Shown: piece by piece, positions 29,931 through 40,007 of the stretch
How the letters are laid out: each line of letters opens with the position of its first letter
Position numbering within the stretch: position 1 is the first letter of the stretch
Notes under the pieces: generated by a model
What the model saw: only the letters and a program-made list of their open reading frames with translations
Told to the model about the DNA's origin: nothing
Databases searched by the model: none
Virus record (IMG/VR): IMGVR_UViG_2663762966_000005
Location: 1 to 64,000 of that record
DNA: 64,000 nt
Reading direction: 5' to 3' (one strand)
Origin: an uncultured virus (IMG/VR IMGVR_UViG_2663762966_000005)
Taxonomy: Duplodnaviria; Heunggongvirae; Uroviricota; Caudoviricetes
Translations under genes and position numbers: made by a program

Positions 29931-29988
29931 GTTTATATATTGTTAAAGAACCCTGCCTAACCGCAGGGTTTTTTTATGGGGTGAGAAA

Positions 29989-32529
29989 ATGCCATTACCA
30001 AATAAAGAACAGTTCACAGGTTCTGGAGTGACCGAACAAGGTTTTAAAAATGCTCAGGATCAATTAGTTGACTTCCTGAAATATGAAGTAGCTTCACGGG
30101 ATTTAGTTGATGTTTTAGCAAACACAAACATGCGTCAATTAAATACTTTTTATTACGCGCCCAATAATATAATTGTCAAAGAAGCTAACTCAGCTTTATT
30201 TGCAGTTTCAATTAAAGTTCAATCAGGGCAAAAGTATGTATTTAATGCAAAAACTTTCGGTGTAGTAGGATCTTATTATATAGCTGATTCTGGCGGTAAT
30301 GTGCTGCAAACACTTGCTTCTAATGAAACTTTGGAACAAGACTATGTAATCAAAATCCCGCAAAATGGCACAATGCTATATGTAAACTGCACGAAAGATT
30401 ATGCAGGATTTAAATTATATTTGCTAAATAATGAAATCGTTAATTTGAATTTTGCGGGACTTGGAGCAAATGACTTTCAATTCTTTTCCAATAACAGTGG
30501 TGTAATCACAAATACAAATAGCGGGTTTTTCTCGAAGAGTATTGATGTTGCAAGTGGCGAGTTTTATCTTATTCGCACATCTACATATGGCACTGCACCT
30601 CAATACATAATTGCAGATAGCTCTAATGCAGTTATAACACTTGAACCATCTGGAGATCGCGGCAAAGAATTTATTATTCGCATCCCAAATAATGCTGCTA
30701 AGTTATATGTCAACTGCGCTTATACTCTACGTAATAACTTCAAAGTTGAAAAAATTAGCGATGCTTTAGCTAAGAGTTTAATTGATGGCGCTTTTGTACT
30801 TGATTACACATTCTTTTATGCCCCAAGTAATATCATTAGAAAAGAGTCAAATGACGCATTATTTGCATTAGATTTTGATGTTAAAGAGGGTCATAGCTAT
30901 TCAATTAACACTAAGACTTTTGGCGTAGCTGGTAAGCACTATATTACTGATAAAGACGGCAATATATTGCAATTCAAAGCTTCTGATAGTGTTGATGAAG
31001 ATTATATTATCACTATACCGGCCAATGCATCTAAGTTATATGTCAACTGTACATATGATTATGCTGTCAATTTTAAAGTTGAAAGATTATCTAACGCACT
31101 TTTGTCCAAGATTCCCGTTGTAGATCAAACAGTTCGTAGTGTTTTTCCGAAATTAAATTACTTTGACAAACTACGTGAGAAATGTCCTAATTTTTATCAG
31201 AAATTTAAAGATAAAAATAAAGATGTTACAGTTGTTTTGACGGGCACTTCTCTAACTCAGGGTAATATGTATACAAGTGCTAGAACTGATGCCTCCACTA
31301 GACCTCCATGCATGCATACAAATGATTTTGCATCAAATCTGTTTGATACTTTTATAAAGCATTGGGATGGTCAGCAATATCGGCGTTATGATCATTCTGA
31401 TTTAGTATTTTCATCAAATAATTGGCAGGTTCTAAATCAACTCGATAATTATGTTTGGGATGATTATGCGCACGTTAAAAATGGCCTAACAAAGACAACG
31501 ACTGATGCAAATGCAAGCGTATCAATGTCAATTCCTGCAGATGCTTGGCAGTTCAATTTTGTGTATCGGTCAGATTCACAATGTGGAAATTGCACAATTT
31601 CTATAGCTGAAGGTAATGAAAAAGTTGAAGTATTTAATGGTTCAGAATGGGTTGAAGCCAATGGTGCAACCTTCACAATGTATGAACCACCAGCGACCGA
31701 AACAAAAGGAAATACTCAATATCAAAAGCGCTTAAAAATGCGTTGTAAAAACAAAGCCGTGGGTGGAATAAATTCACTTGGTATGACTAAAACGATCACT
31801 ATTTCAAAGGGAAATAATTCGGATCGTTTTAATGTGGTAGGTTTTGAATGGTCTCCTAGAGAGTTCATGTTTACCTTAATTAATAGCGCAAGAGGTGGTC
31901 ATGAGTGGGGGGATCCGAATGGTAATCGACTTGAAATTTATCAAGATAATGATATTTGGGCGTTTAACCCCGACCTGCTTTTAGCTGAAATAACGGTTAT
32001 CAATTGGGGGGCATCTGAACCATCAGCTTTAACTAAAGATCCTTTGTATTATGTAAACAATGCAAAACGGGCTTACTTCAATGAATTTAACGATATGCCC
32101 ACATCTTTATATGCCAAATCGGCTGGATACAAAAATTGTGAAGTTATTTTTTATGGAGATATTTTATCTGCCCATTCATCTTTAGCAAATGCGTGGGACT
32201 CTGTCACACATCAACCAAAGTTCGGCGTGGTTTCTGAAGCTGCTCAAAATGGCTCAGTAATCGATAATGTAAATGTTGGGCGAGCAAAAACAAATTTTGA
32301 AAACTATGAAGCTGTTGATGCTTATATGAAGTCTAAACATGACTATATCTACATCCCAATAACGCCGACATTCAGAAACATTACTGAAAAGTTTTACGGG
32401 ACATACTGGGCTGGAATGCAAGCATCAGGTTCGAGTGGCTCAACATTGAGTCAAGATGGGACTCATCTAAATGATAATGGTGCTGCACTTTGGTCAAGTT
32501 TGATTTGCCCACTATTCGAAAATATGTAG
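29989..32529 (+). CDS. Tail-associated SGNH/GDSL-type esterase with three N-terminal beta-sandwich repeats
   Basis: Blocks VVLTGTSLT, INSARGG, EITVIN and DGTHLN; three ~100-aa repeats ending in IP.N...LYVNC. Confidence 0.7.
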   Translation: MPLPNKEQFTGSGVTEQGFKNAQDQLVDFLKYEVASRDLVDVLANTNMRQLNTFYYAPNNIIVKEANSALFAVSIKVQSGQKYVFNAKTFGVVGSYYIADSGGNVLQTLASNETLEQDYVIKIPQNGTMLYVNCTKDYAGFKLYLLNNEIVNLNFAGLGANDFQFFSNNSGVITNTNSGFFSKSIDVASGEFYLIRTSTYGTAPQYIIADSSNAVITLEPSGDRGKEFIIRIPNNAAKLYVNCAYTLRNNFKVEKISDALAKSLIDGAFVLDYTFFYAPSNIIRKESNDALFALDFDVKEGHSYSINTKTFGVAGKHYITDKDGNILQFKASDSVDEDYIITIPANASKLYVNCTYDYAVNFKVERLSNALLSKIPVVDQTVRSVFPKLNYFDKLREKCPNFYQKFKDKNKDVTVVLTGTSLTQGNMYTSARTDASTRPPCMHTNDFASNLFDTFIKHWDGQQYRRYDHSDLVFSSNNWQVLNQLDNYVWDDYAHVKNGLTKTTTDANASVSMSIPADAWQFNFVYRSDSQCGNCTISIAEGNEKVEVFNGSEWVEANGATFTMYEPPATETKGNTQYQKRLKMRCKNKAVGGINSLGMTKTITISKGNNSDRFNVVGFEWSPREFMFTLINSARGGHEWGDPNGNRLEIYQDNDIWAFNPDLLLAEITVINWGASEPSALTKDPLYYVNNAKRAYFNEFNDMPTSLYAKSAGYKNCEVIFYGDILSAHSSLANAWDSVTHQPKFGVVSEAAQNGSVIDNVNVGRAKTNFENYEAVDAYMKSKHDYIYIPITPTFRNITEKFYGTYWAGMQASGSSGSTLSQDGTHLNDNGAALWSSLICPLFENM

Positions 32530-32530
32530 T

Positions 32531-32953
32531 ATGAAAAATCTAGAAGCTGTTCAAGAAGCTCTTACATGGCTTGGTACTCCTTACCATCATCAAGGGCGAG
32601 TAAAAGGTGTGGGGGTGGACTGCGGTACTTTGATCTGTGAAGTCTATGAAAAAGTTGGACTCATGGATCATTTAGATCCACGGCCTTATCCTCCTGACTG
32701 GCACATGCACCAGATGGGGCAACGTTATTTAGAACTCATTTTAGGTGTATGTGACCCAATTGATGGTCCCCCACAACCTGGTGACATTGTTTTATATCAT
32801 TTTGGCAAATGCATCAGTCATGGTGCAATTGTTATCGAATGGCCACAGGTCATCCACAGTTACCTCCATCAGGGAGTCATTATCCAAGATGGAACAAAAG
32901 GAAGTTTAGCCCGGCGAATTGCCGGGTTTTTTCGTATGAAGAGGCTTAAATAA
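32531..32953 (+). CDS. NlpC/P60 tail assembly peptidase
   Basis: WLGTPYHHQG...GVDCG...HGAI...IHS. Confidence 0.88.
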   Translation: MKNLEAVQEALTWLGTPYHHQGRVKGVGVDCGTLICEVYEKVGLMDHLDPRPYPPDWHMHQMGQRYLELILGVCDPIDGPPQPGDIVLYHFGKCISHGAIVIEWPQVIHSYLHQGVIIQDGTKGSLARRIAGFFRMKRLK

Positions 32954-35443
32954 ATGGGTGGATTATTTGGTAGTACTACAATTAGTACAACGGATACCCG
33001 TATTAACTCTATGCGGATCCAGCAGTCAGCTTATGGGCTTTGCCAGCCATTGGTTTATGGCAAAACCCGTGTTGCGGCTAATATGTTTTGGTATGGAGAT
33101 TTTACAGCTACACCTCATACAACAGTTCAAAAGTCTGGTGGTAAGGGTGGGGGTACTAAAACCAGTAATACCACCTTTAGTTATAGCGCCTCTCTCATGC
33201 TCGGTTTATGTGAAAACCAGATTAAAAAGATTGGCCTAATTTGGGTAGATAAAGAGCAATATGTGCCTAAACAAGAAGGATCTATAACTTTAGATCCTAT
33301 CGACCAGTTAAAATTTGAATTATTCGATGGAAATAATAATCCGCCGTGGGGATGGCTAGTATCAAAGCATCCAGAACAGGCAATTAATTATCCGTATTTG
33401 GGATATGTAGCTGTAGCTAATTATGAGATGGGTAATAGCGCCAGCCTTTCAAATCATAATTTTGAAGTGATCAGTACTATCACGCTATCTGACACAATTG
33501 ATGATGCTAACCCGGCAGATGTTATTGAAGATTTTATTACACACCCACGACATGGCGCAGCCCCAAATCTTAACATTGCAGATCTAGAAGAGTTTAGAAC
33601 CTATTGCCGGGCAGCTAATCTCTTGATTAGTCCTGCATTCACAGAACAACGCCCAGCTTATGAAACTATCAATGAGATTGTTGAGGCTGTTAACTGTGCT
33701 GTGGTACCAAGCCCGGATGGCTTAAAGATCCGTTCTTTTGGGGACTCTGCAATAACGGGTAACGGCGTTACCTTTACACCTGATCTCACACCCGTTTACC
33801 ACTTAACTGATAATGACTTTATTGGCGAGGATGAGCCAGTACGTGTGCGCCGTAGCCGTGATACAGATGCCTATAATCATGTGCAGATTGAATACATTAA
33901 TCGCTATAACCAGTACAACACTGAAACAACAGAAGCCAAGGACCAAGCAAATATTGAAATGTTTGGCTTGCGTACCGAGGATCCTGTGGAATGCCATTAT
34001 TTTTGTGAACCGAAGATAGCACGTCATGCTGCACAACTTCGCTTACAACGACTGCTTTATGTTCGCAATGAGTATGAATTTGATTTGGGTTGGAAGTACT
34101 GCCGATTAGAGCCAATGGATATTGTCACTATTACAGATGAAGCATTGGGCTTAATTCAATTTCCTGTACGTATTACACGTATTGAGGAAGATGACTTCGG
34201 TGAATTAACTATCACGGCTGAAGAACTGGCCGTAGGTTCAAGATCTGCCATTGAGTATGACTCTCAAGCGTCAAATGGTTATCAGGGCGGAAATGAAGAG
34301 CCGGGTAATGTGAATGCTCCAGCTATCTTTGAACCACCTTTAGAACTTACAGATGGTAAGAGTCAAGTTTGGGTGGCAGTTTCAGGTGGCGTTAATTGGG
34401 GCGGCTGTAATGTTTGGGCAAGCCTTGATAATACGACATATGAAATGATTGGCACAATTTATGGATCTGCACGTTATGGGCAGCTTATCACCGCCATTGA
34501 TGCAGATGACGCGACATTACAGGTTGAGCTAAATACAGCAAGCCAGATCTTCAGTGGAACATTAGAAGATGCTCAAGCTGACCAAACACTTTGTAAAGTG
34601 GGGGATGAGTATTTTAATTATCAAGTGGCCACCTTAAACGGATCTGGTCTTTATACCTTAAGTGATGTTTTACGTGGACGTTTTGATGATGCACAAAGTC
34701 ACAACGCTGGTGAGCCATTTGTTCGTTTGGATAAAGCTATATTCAAATATCCGTACAATGAGGGTCTAGTAGAAAAACAAATCTTTTTAAAGTTCACAAG
34801 CTTTAATGGTTTGGAGCGTAAAGAGCAGACCTTAGATGAGGTTACGGCGTATAGCTATACTTTAAGTGGTGGACGTCCTGCAGGCGTTAAAGGCTTATCG
34901 CTTCAATCCCCGTTTGTTGGTACCACTTTCAAAGTTCAATGGCAGAGTTCAACCGGTGCAGATGGTTATCGTGTTCAGGTCTGGTCTAATGGGGCAATGA
35001 TTCGTCAAGTTGATACAACAAATACGGATTATAGCTATTCGATAGAAGAGGCTAAAACTGATGGTATCGGCCGTGCTTATACAATTCGGGTGGCTAGCAA
35101 GAGTGGTGACCAAGTTAGTACCTTTGCTGAATTGAGTATTAGTAATCCCGTTCCACCAGTACTTCTCAATGTGTACACAGCAGCAACTGTAGATTCTATT
35201 ACAGTGAATTGGGTGCCTAGTGAAGTACCGGATCTGAAAGACTATGCAGTGTGGCTAAGCGCTACACCTAACTTTGATCCTACACAAATGCCGCCTTCAT
35301 GGACTGGCACAGATTTAACAACTACTTTTGGAGGACTACAACCAACTACCCCATATTACATTCGTGTTGCTGCACGTGATGTATGGGAAAACACAGTTTG
35401 GAACTATACAAATCAGATTACTCAAAGTACTTCTGAAGCTTAA
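32954..35443 (+). CDS. Tail tip/central fibre protein with C-terminal FN3 domains
   Basis: PLVYGKTRV N-terminus; LQPTTPYYIRVAARD FN3 motif. Confidence 0.82.
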   Translation: MGGLFGSTTISTTDTRINSMRIQQSAYGLCQPLVYGKTRVAANMFWYGDFTATPHTTVQKSGGKGGGTKTSNTTFSYSASLMLGLCENQIKKIGLIWVDKEQYVPKQEGSITLDPIDQLKFELFDGNNNPPWGWLVSKHPEQAINYPYLGYVAVANYEMGNSASLSNHNFEVISTITLSDTIDDANPADVIEDFITHPRHGAAPNLNIADLEEFRTYCRAANLLISPAFTEQRPAYETINEIVEAVNCAVVPSPDGLKIRSFGDSAITGNGVTFTPDLTPVYHLTDNDFIGEDEPVRVRRSRDTDAYNHVQIEYINRYNQYNTETTEAKDQANIEMFGLRTEDPVECHYFCEPKIARHAAQLRLQRLLYVRNEYEFDLGWKYCRLEPMDIVTITDEALGLIQFPVRITRIEEDDFGELTITAEELAVGSRSAIEYDSQASNGYQGGNEEPGNVNAPAIFEPPLELTDGKSQVWVAVSGGVNWGGCNVWASLDNTTYEMIGTIYGSARYGQLITAIDADDATLQVELNTASQIFSGTLEDAQADQTLCKVGDEYFNYQVATLNGSGLYTLSDVLRGRFDDAQSHNAGEPFVRLDKAIFKYPYNEGLVEKQIFLKFTSFNGLERKEQTLDEVTAYSYTLSGGRPAGVKGLSLQSPFVGTTFKVQWQSSTGADGYRVQVWSNGAMIRQVDTTNTDYSYSIEEAKTDGIGRAYTIRVASKSGDQVSTFAELSISNPVPPVLLNVYTAATVDSITVNWVPSEVPDLKDYAVWLSATPNFDPTQMPPSWTGTDLTTTFGGLQPTTPYYIRVAARDVWENTVWNYTNQITQSTSEA

Positions 35444-35508
35444 ATTTATCTAATTCATAGCACCCAATTCGGGTGCTTTTTTATTACCTAAATTTTCTGG
35501 AGAAATAA

Positions 35509-35904
35509 ATGGAACCAGTTTCCACTAGCGGTTTTACAGCACTTTTAAAATTTTACGGTGCTGCAATCATGATTACGCTTGCAATCGCATTGGTTGCAAT
35601 GGTTGTGATGATGACACGCATGCCACGTTCACCGAGAGAGTGGGCTGTTGGGATGATTTGTACGGTTGTATCGAGTTTGGCAGGGGGTTCATTCATTATT
35701 GTGAAGTGGGGACTTCATGAGTGGGTTACAGATATATGGGGGATGACTGCATTAGGTGGATTTTTCTTTGTTTGTGGTTTACCCGGTTGGGCTTTAGTCA
35801 GATGGATCTTCAACTTCATTGATAAACAAGAAGGTAAGACGATTGTCGAAGTAATTAAAGAAGTTAAGAAGGCTAAGAATGATATTACAGGTGGTGGACC
35901 ATGA
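35509..35904 (+). CDS. Holin
   Basis: Three TM segments and a basic C-terminus; overlaps the endolysin start. Confidence 0.75.
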   Translation: MEPVSTSGFTALLKFYGAAIMITLAIALVAMVVMMTRMPRSPREWAVGMICTVVSSLAGGSFIIVKWGLHEWVTDIWGMTALGGFFFVCGLPGWALVRWIFNFIDKQEGKTIVEVIKEVKKAKNDITGGGP

Positions 35905-36455
35905 CAGTTAAAAACTTCTTCGATGCTGCTCGTGTCATTGCAGGTGGCAAGCTTACACAAGCACAAGTAGATGATCTAAATAAGGTGGTCGATAAACTTG
36001 CACCTTCTGGCATGACTACAAGTGATGTTGGTGTAGATCTAATCTCAGGATTTGAAGGCACTCGATTCACAGCTTATGACGATGGTGTAGGAGTCTGGAC
36101 CATTGGCACTGGCACCACAGTTTATCCAAATGGCGTGAAGGTCAAGAAGGGCGATACTTGTACAGCAGAACAAGCCAAGACTTACTTTAAGCACTACTTG
36201 GCTAAATTTGAAAAAACTGTAAATGAATCGGTGACTGTGCCGATAAATCAAAATCAATTTGATGCTTTGGTATCACTGACTTATAACATTGGCTCAGGTG
36301 CTTTTAAGGGTTCAACATTGCTTAAGTTGCTTAATAAAGGTGACTATCAAGGCGCTGCCGATCAATTCCTAGTTTGGAACAAAGCAGGTGGCAAAGTTAT
36401 GAAGGGCCTAGTTCGTCGCCGAGAAGCTGAACTAGCACTCTTTTTAAAGAAGTAA
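35901..36455 (+). CDS. Endolysin (GH24 lysozyme)
   Basis: FEG...YDDGVGVWTIGTG catalytic E-D-T triad; NQFDALVSLTYNIG; GLVRRREAE. Confidence 0.93.
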   Translation: MTVKNFFDAARVIAGGKLTQAQVDDLNKVVDKLAPSGMTTSDVGVDLISGFEGTRFTAYDDGVGVWTIGTGTTVYPNGVKVKKGDTCTAEQAKTYFKHYLAKFEKTVNESVTVPINQNQFDALVSLTYNIGSGAFKGSTLLKLLNKGDYQGAADQFLVWNKAGGKVMKGLVRRREAELALFLKK

Positions 36456-36460
36456 CTTAT

Positions 36461-36580
36461 ATGTGCAAACGTACCAAAGCTGCATCGATCATCACATTGC
36501 TGTGTTTAATCTTCTCAGGTTGCACAGCTCACACTATTAATAGTAATGTGAACATCTCGATTTGTGTAAGGGCTTTGTGA
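36461..36580 (+). CDS. Small putative lipoprotein (39 aa; not in ORF track)
   Basis: MCKRTKAASIITLLCLIFSG-C lipobox; directly after the endolysin. Confidence 0.55.
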   Translation: MCKRTKAASIITLLCLIFSGCTAHTINSNVNISICVRAL

Positions 36581-36774
36581 TGTCGCAAGTCATGATCATG
36601 GTTTCGGAAGCGGGAAGGATGGAGAATACTTGTAATCTACCCGCTGATTTAGATAAGTATGGGAATGTTCTTAAAATCTATGACTACTCATTAAAAGAGT
36701 TGCCGATTAATTTGGATGGCACTGTGACTTACAATAGTAAAAGATGGACCTTTGATAAGAAGCAAAACTATTAG
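36580..36774 (+). CDS. Hypothetical protein
   Basis: TGATG coupling; convergent overlap with the integrase stop. Confidence 0.55.
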   Translation: MSQVMIMVSEAGRMENTCNLPADLDKYGNVLKIYDYSLKELPINLDGTVTYNSKRWTFDKKQNY

Positions 36775-37891
36775 TCTGCCCAACTATCAACAATATCGGC
36801 CCAGTCTTGCAACATCTTGCGTCTGCTTTCTAAATACTTTGCATGGTTATATGTAGCTCTGGTTTTATTACCATCTGCGTGGGCCAATTGCTTTTCAATC
36901 CATTTATCATCGTAATCTTTTTCATTTAGTAATGTGGATGCTGTAGCGCGAAAATCATGGGCTGTTACATCAGACAAACCAATATAATCAAGCATTTTGT
37001 TCAATGTAGTAGCTGAGAGCATTCCATCTTGATAAATTGCTGGGAAAACATATTCACGATTTCCAACAATATTGCGTTGCTCTTGAAGAATATTAAAAAC
37101 TTGATCGGACATAGGAACGATATGAATACGTTTCTTTTTCATCATCTCTTTTGGAAAGGTGATTGTTCTTTCTTCAAAATCGACATATTCCCATTTCATG
37201 CGACGGATCTCGATAGTCCTAAGCATTGAGTAGAGCATTACAAGACCAGCATTTTTAACTGTAGTAGATCCACCATAACTATTTAATTTATTCCTGAGTT
37301 GCACAGCTTCATGTTTTTTCATTGGTCTGGCATGTTCTATTTCAGGACGCTCAACAACGTTTTTAACTGCATACGTTGGGTCATAGTCAGCTCTAAGTGT
37401 TGCGATTGCATATCGCATAACACCACCAATAAAAGTACGATTTTGGATTGCTGATACTTCTCCGGTACCATGGTTTTTTTGACGCTTAACTCGTGCAATC
37501 GTCTTTTTCATAATTGTCAAAACGTCTGCTGAGGTGACTTCTTTAATATCCTTATCGCCAATAACTTTTAAAATATCTTTATCTAGGGCGCGTTGAAAAG
37601 CTTCCTGGTATCTCTCTGAACGATTATTTAATTTTTCAGCTTTATATTCTGCAGCAACATGTTTAAAGAGAACTCTATTTTCATACTCATCAGATTTAGC
37701 CTTTTTTTGGTTTTCTTTTTCTTCGACTGGATTTATACCACTTGCTACTAATGATTTAGCCTCATCTCGTTTTGTACGTGCTTCGGCCAAGCCAATAATA
37801 GGGTACTCACCTAAACTCATCATTTGAGTTTTCTTAAGCCACTGGAAACGATAGCGCCAATACTTCTTTCCATTAGGTTTAATTTCAATAC
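36771..37891 (-). pseudogene. int: P4-like tyrosine integrase, 5' end removed by ISAba1
   Basis: Catalytic R (MLRTIE), HDFR, LAH and Y (ATYN) are intact. The arm-binding domain begins mid-domain (IEIKPNGKKYWRYRF) at the IS boundary. Confidence 0.88.
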
Positions 37892-37923
37892 CTCTGTACA
37901 CGACAAAAATAGATAACTCATTG

Positions 37924-37951
37924 AAATAATGTCATAATAATTGTTTTCTAA
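37924..37951 (-). promoter_or_regulatory. ISAba1 outward-facing promoter
   Basis: Minus strand TTAGAA (37951-46) N16 TTATTT (37929-24), the established ISAba1 promoter. Confidence 0.85.
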
Positions 37952-37962
37952 CGACGAATACT

Positions 37963-39053
37963 ATGACACATCTCAATGAGTTATATCTTATCTTAAACAA
38001 ATATCTAAAATGGAACAAGTCACATTTAAAGTGCTTTGCGCTCATCATGCTTGTGATTATTTTAAAGCAAACATGTAATCTTTCTTCTGCATCTAAAGCC
38101 TTGCCCATCAAGTGCTTACCACAATCATTTTATCGACGTATGCAGCGCTTCTTTGCAGGTCAGTATTTTGATTATCGTCAAATTTCTCAGTTGATTTTCA
38201 ATATGTTTTCATTCGACCAAGTGCAACTGACTTTAGATAGAACCAATTGGAAATGGGGAAAACGAAATATTAATATCCTGATGCTCGCAATCGTTTATCG
38301 TGGAATAGCGATACCTATCCTTTGGACATTGCTTAATAAACGTGGAAATTCAGATACGAAAGAGCGTATTGCTTTGATTCAACGCTTTATAGCCATTTTT
38401 GGTAAAGACCGTATTGTGAATGTGTTCGCAGACAGAGAGTTTATCGGTGAGCAGTGGTTTACATGGTTAATTGAACAAGACATCAACTTCTGCATTCGTG
38501 TTAAAAAAACTTCATTGTCACCAATCATTTAGGAAAGAATCATAAAATTAGTGATTTATTTCGCCATCTTAAAGTTGGTCAAATTGAATGTCGTAAACGA
38601 CGGATTTTGGTTGGTCGGGTGAAACTATATATAAGTGCACTACAGTTAGAAAATGGAGAGCTTTTACTCGTCGTTTCTCCTCAGTTTAATGCCAATGCTA
38701 TTCAGGATTATGCATTACGCTGGGAAATTGAAACCTTATTCAGTTGTCTCAAAGGACGCGGGTTTAATCTTGAAAATACGCGCTTGACAGACCCTAGACG
38801 AGTGAAAAAATTGATTGCGGTGTTAGCTATAAGCTTCTGTTGGTGTTACTTAACGGGTGAATGGCAACATGATCAAAAAAAAGCGATAAAAATAAAGAAG
38901 CATGGACGACTCTCAATGAGTTTATTTCGCTATGGTTTAGACTATGTTCAAATGGCGATTCAGCGTTTAATTGGTTTTGGGAAAAAAGAAGAGTTTAAGG
39001 AAATTTTGGCAATTTTAAGAAGGCAGAACCCTGATAGGATAAGGGTTCTGTGA
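37963..39053 (+). CDS. tnp: ISAba1 transposase (two ORFs joined by a -1 frameshift at the A7 tract, 38503-38509)
   Basis: DDE motifs TLDRT, FADREF and YALRWEIE split over ORFs 37963-38532 and 38607-39053. Confidence 0.88.
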
Positions 39054-39175
39054 AATTTGTCGTGTACAGAGAAAATTCTTAATTTTATTGATATTTCCAA
39101 TGTAATTGATCATATAGTTCTTGAAAAATATTATTCATAAATGCATAATTCGCGCGCGTTTTAAGGATTATGTTA

Positions 39176-39883
39176 ATGACAACAACAGCTTATGATACTC
39201 ATTTCATGGCTTCCGACATAGCCTTTACAGTAAATCGTACAGAAGTTACTCTAAATATTCCTTTTAGGAAAGTGAAACGTTTGGGCGATATTGTATTTGG
39301 TATGGCTGGATGTTTATTTTGTATGAGAGATTTTAGCGAGGCCCTTATTGATTTTATCTTACAAAATAAAACACAATTTGAGCTTCCGAGATCTATACTT
39401 GAAAAAACAAATAGTGATTTTATTGCACTAATCTATTTAAGTGGTTCTTGCCTTAAAGTTTCTAAAATGGTAAATGACACTGAGTTTACAATAGAAAACA
39501 TTACTAATGTTCCTACTGTAATTGGATCGGGGAGTTTTCATACTCAGCATATTATTCATGATTGTCCTAATGCGATAGCTGTTGTCCTAGAAGCTATTAA
39601 ATACGATCAATATACTGCAGGGGAAGTAAAATATTGCAGTATTAAACGAGAAGAAGTTCATAATTTGGAAGCGCCTATCATGTCTACAACTCTTAATAAT
39701 CAAATACAAATGTTGCAAACAGAGATTGCTGAAACAAATCATCTTGTTGGAAATGGCAACACATATCACGCTAACACTGAAACATATCACCATGGTGAAC
39801 CTGTCAAAATTTCTACTGAATTAGGTTTACAAATGTTTCAACATAGTTTAACGAACGTCCGAAATAAATTAACTTCTAATTAA
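39176..39883 (+). CDS. Ntn-hydrolase (HslV/proteasome-beta-like) protein
   Basis: M-TTTAYD..MASD N-terminus, RK, GMAG, IGSGS and DQYTAG motifs; promoter TTGAAA-N17-CATAAT (39121-49); terminator 39893-39915. Confidence 0.72.
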   Translation: MTTTAYDTHFMASDIAFTVNRTEVTLNIPFRKVKRLGDIVFGMAGCLFCMRDFSEALIDFILQNKTQFELPRSILEKTNSDFIALIYLSGSCLKVSKMVNDTEFTIENITNVPTVIGSGSFHTQHIIHDCPNAIAVVLEAIKYDQYTAGEVKYCSIKREEVHNLEAPIMSTTLNNQIQMLQTEIAETNHLVGNGNTYHANTETYHHGEPVKISTELGLQMFQHSLTNVRNKLTSN

Positions 39884-40007
39884 TTTAAAATAAAAGCCTG
39901 CAAATGCAGGTTTTTATTTATAAACAAAATGAAATTTAATGGAACTTATGTAATTTCTAGAAAAAATTTACTTACAAGATAACCTCATTAATATGAGGTT
40001 ATTTTTC

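Larger units (their letters stand above)
1..37891. mobile_element. Lambdoid-type temperate prophage with non-contractile tail; right end truncated by ISAba1
   Basis: Canonical module order: xis, early left genes, CI/Cro, replication, Q, terminase/portal/head, tail, lysis, integrase. No sheath gene. Confidence 0.93.
37892..39071 (+). mobile_element. ISAba1: ISAba1 (IS4 family), 1180 bp
   Basis: Terminal IRs CTCTGTACACGACAAA / TTTGTCGTGTACAGAG; length and transposase MTHLNELYLILNK match ISAba1 as I recall it. Confidence 0.95.

Noticed and set aside
38503..38607. Split transposase as a pseudogene
   Set aside because: The two-ORF frameshift arrangement is the normal ISAba1 structure.
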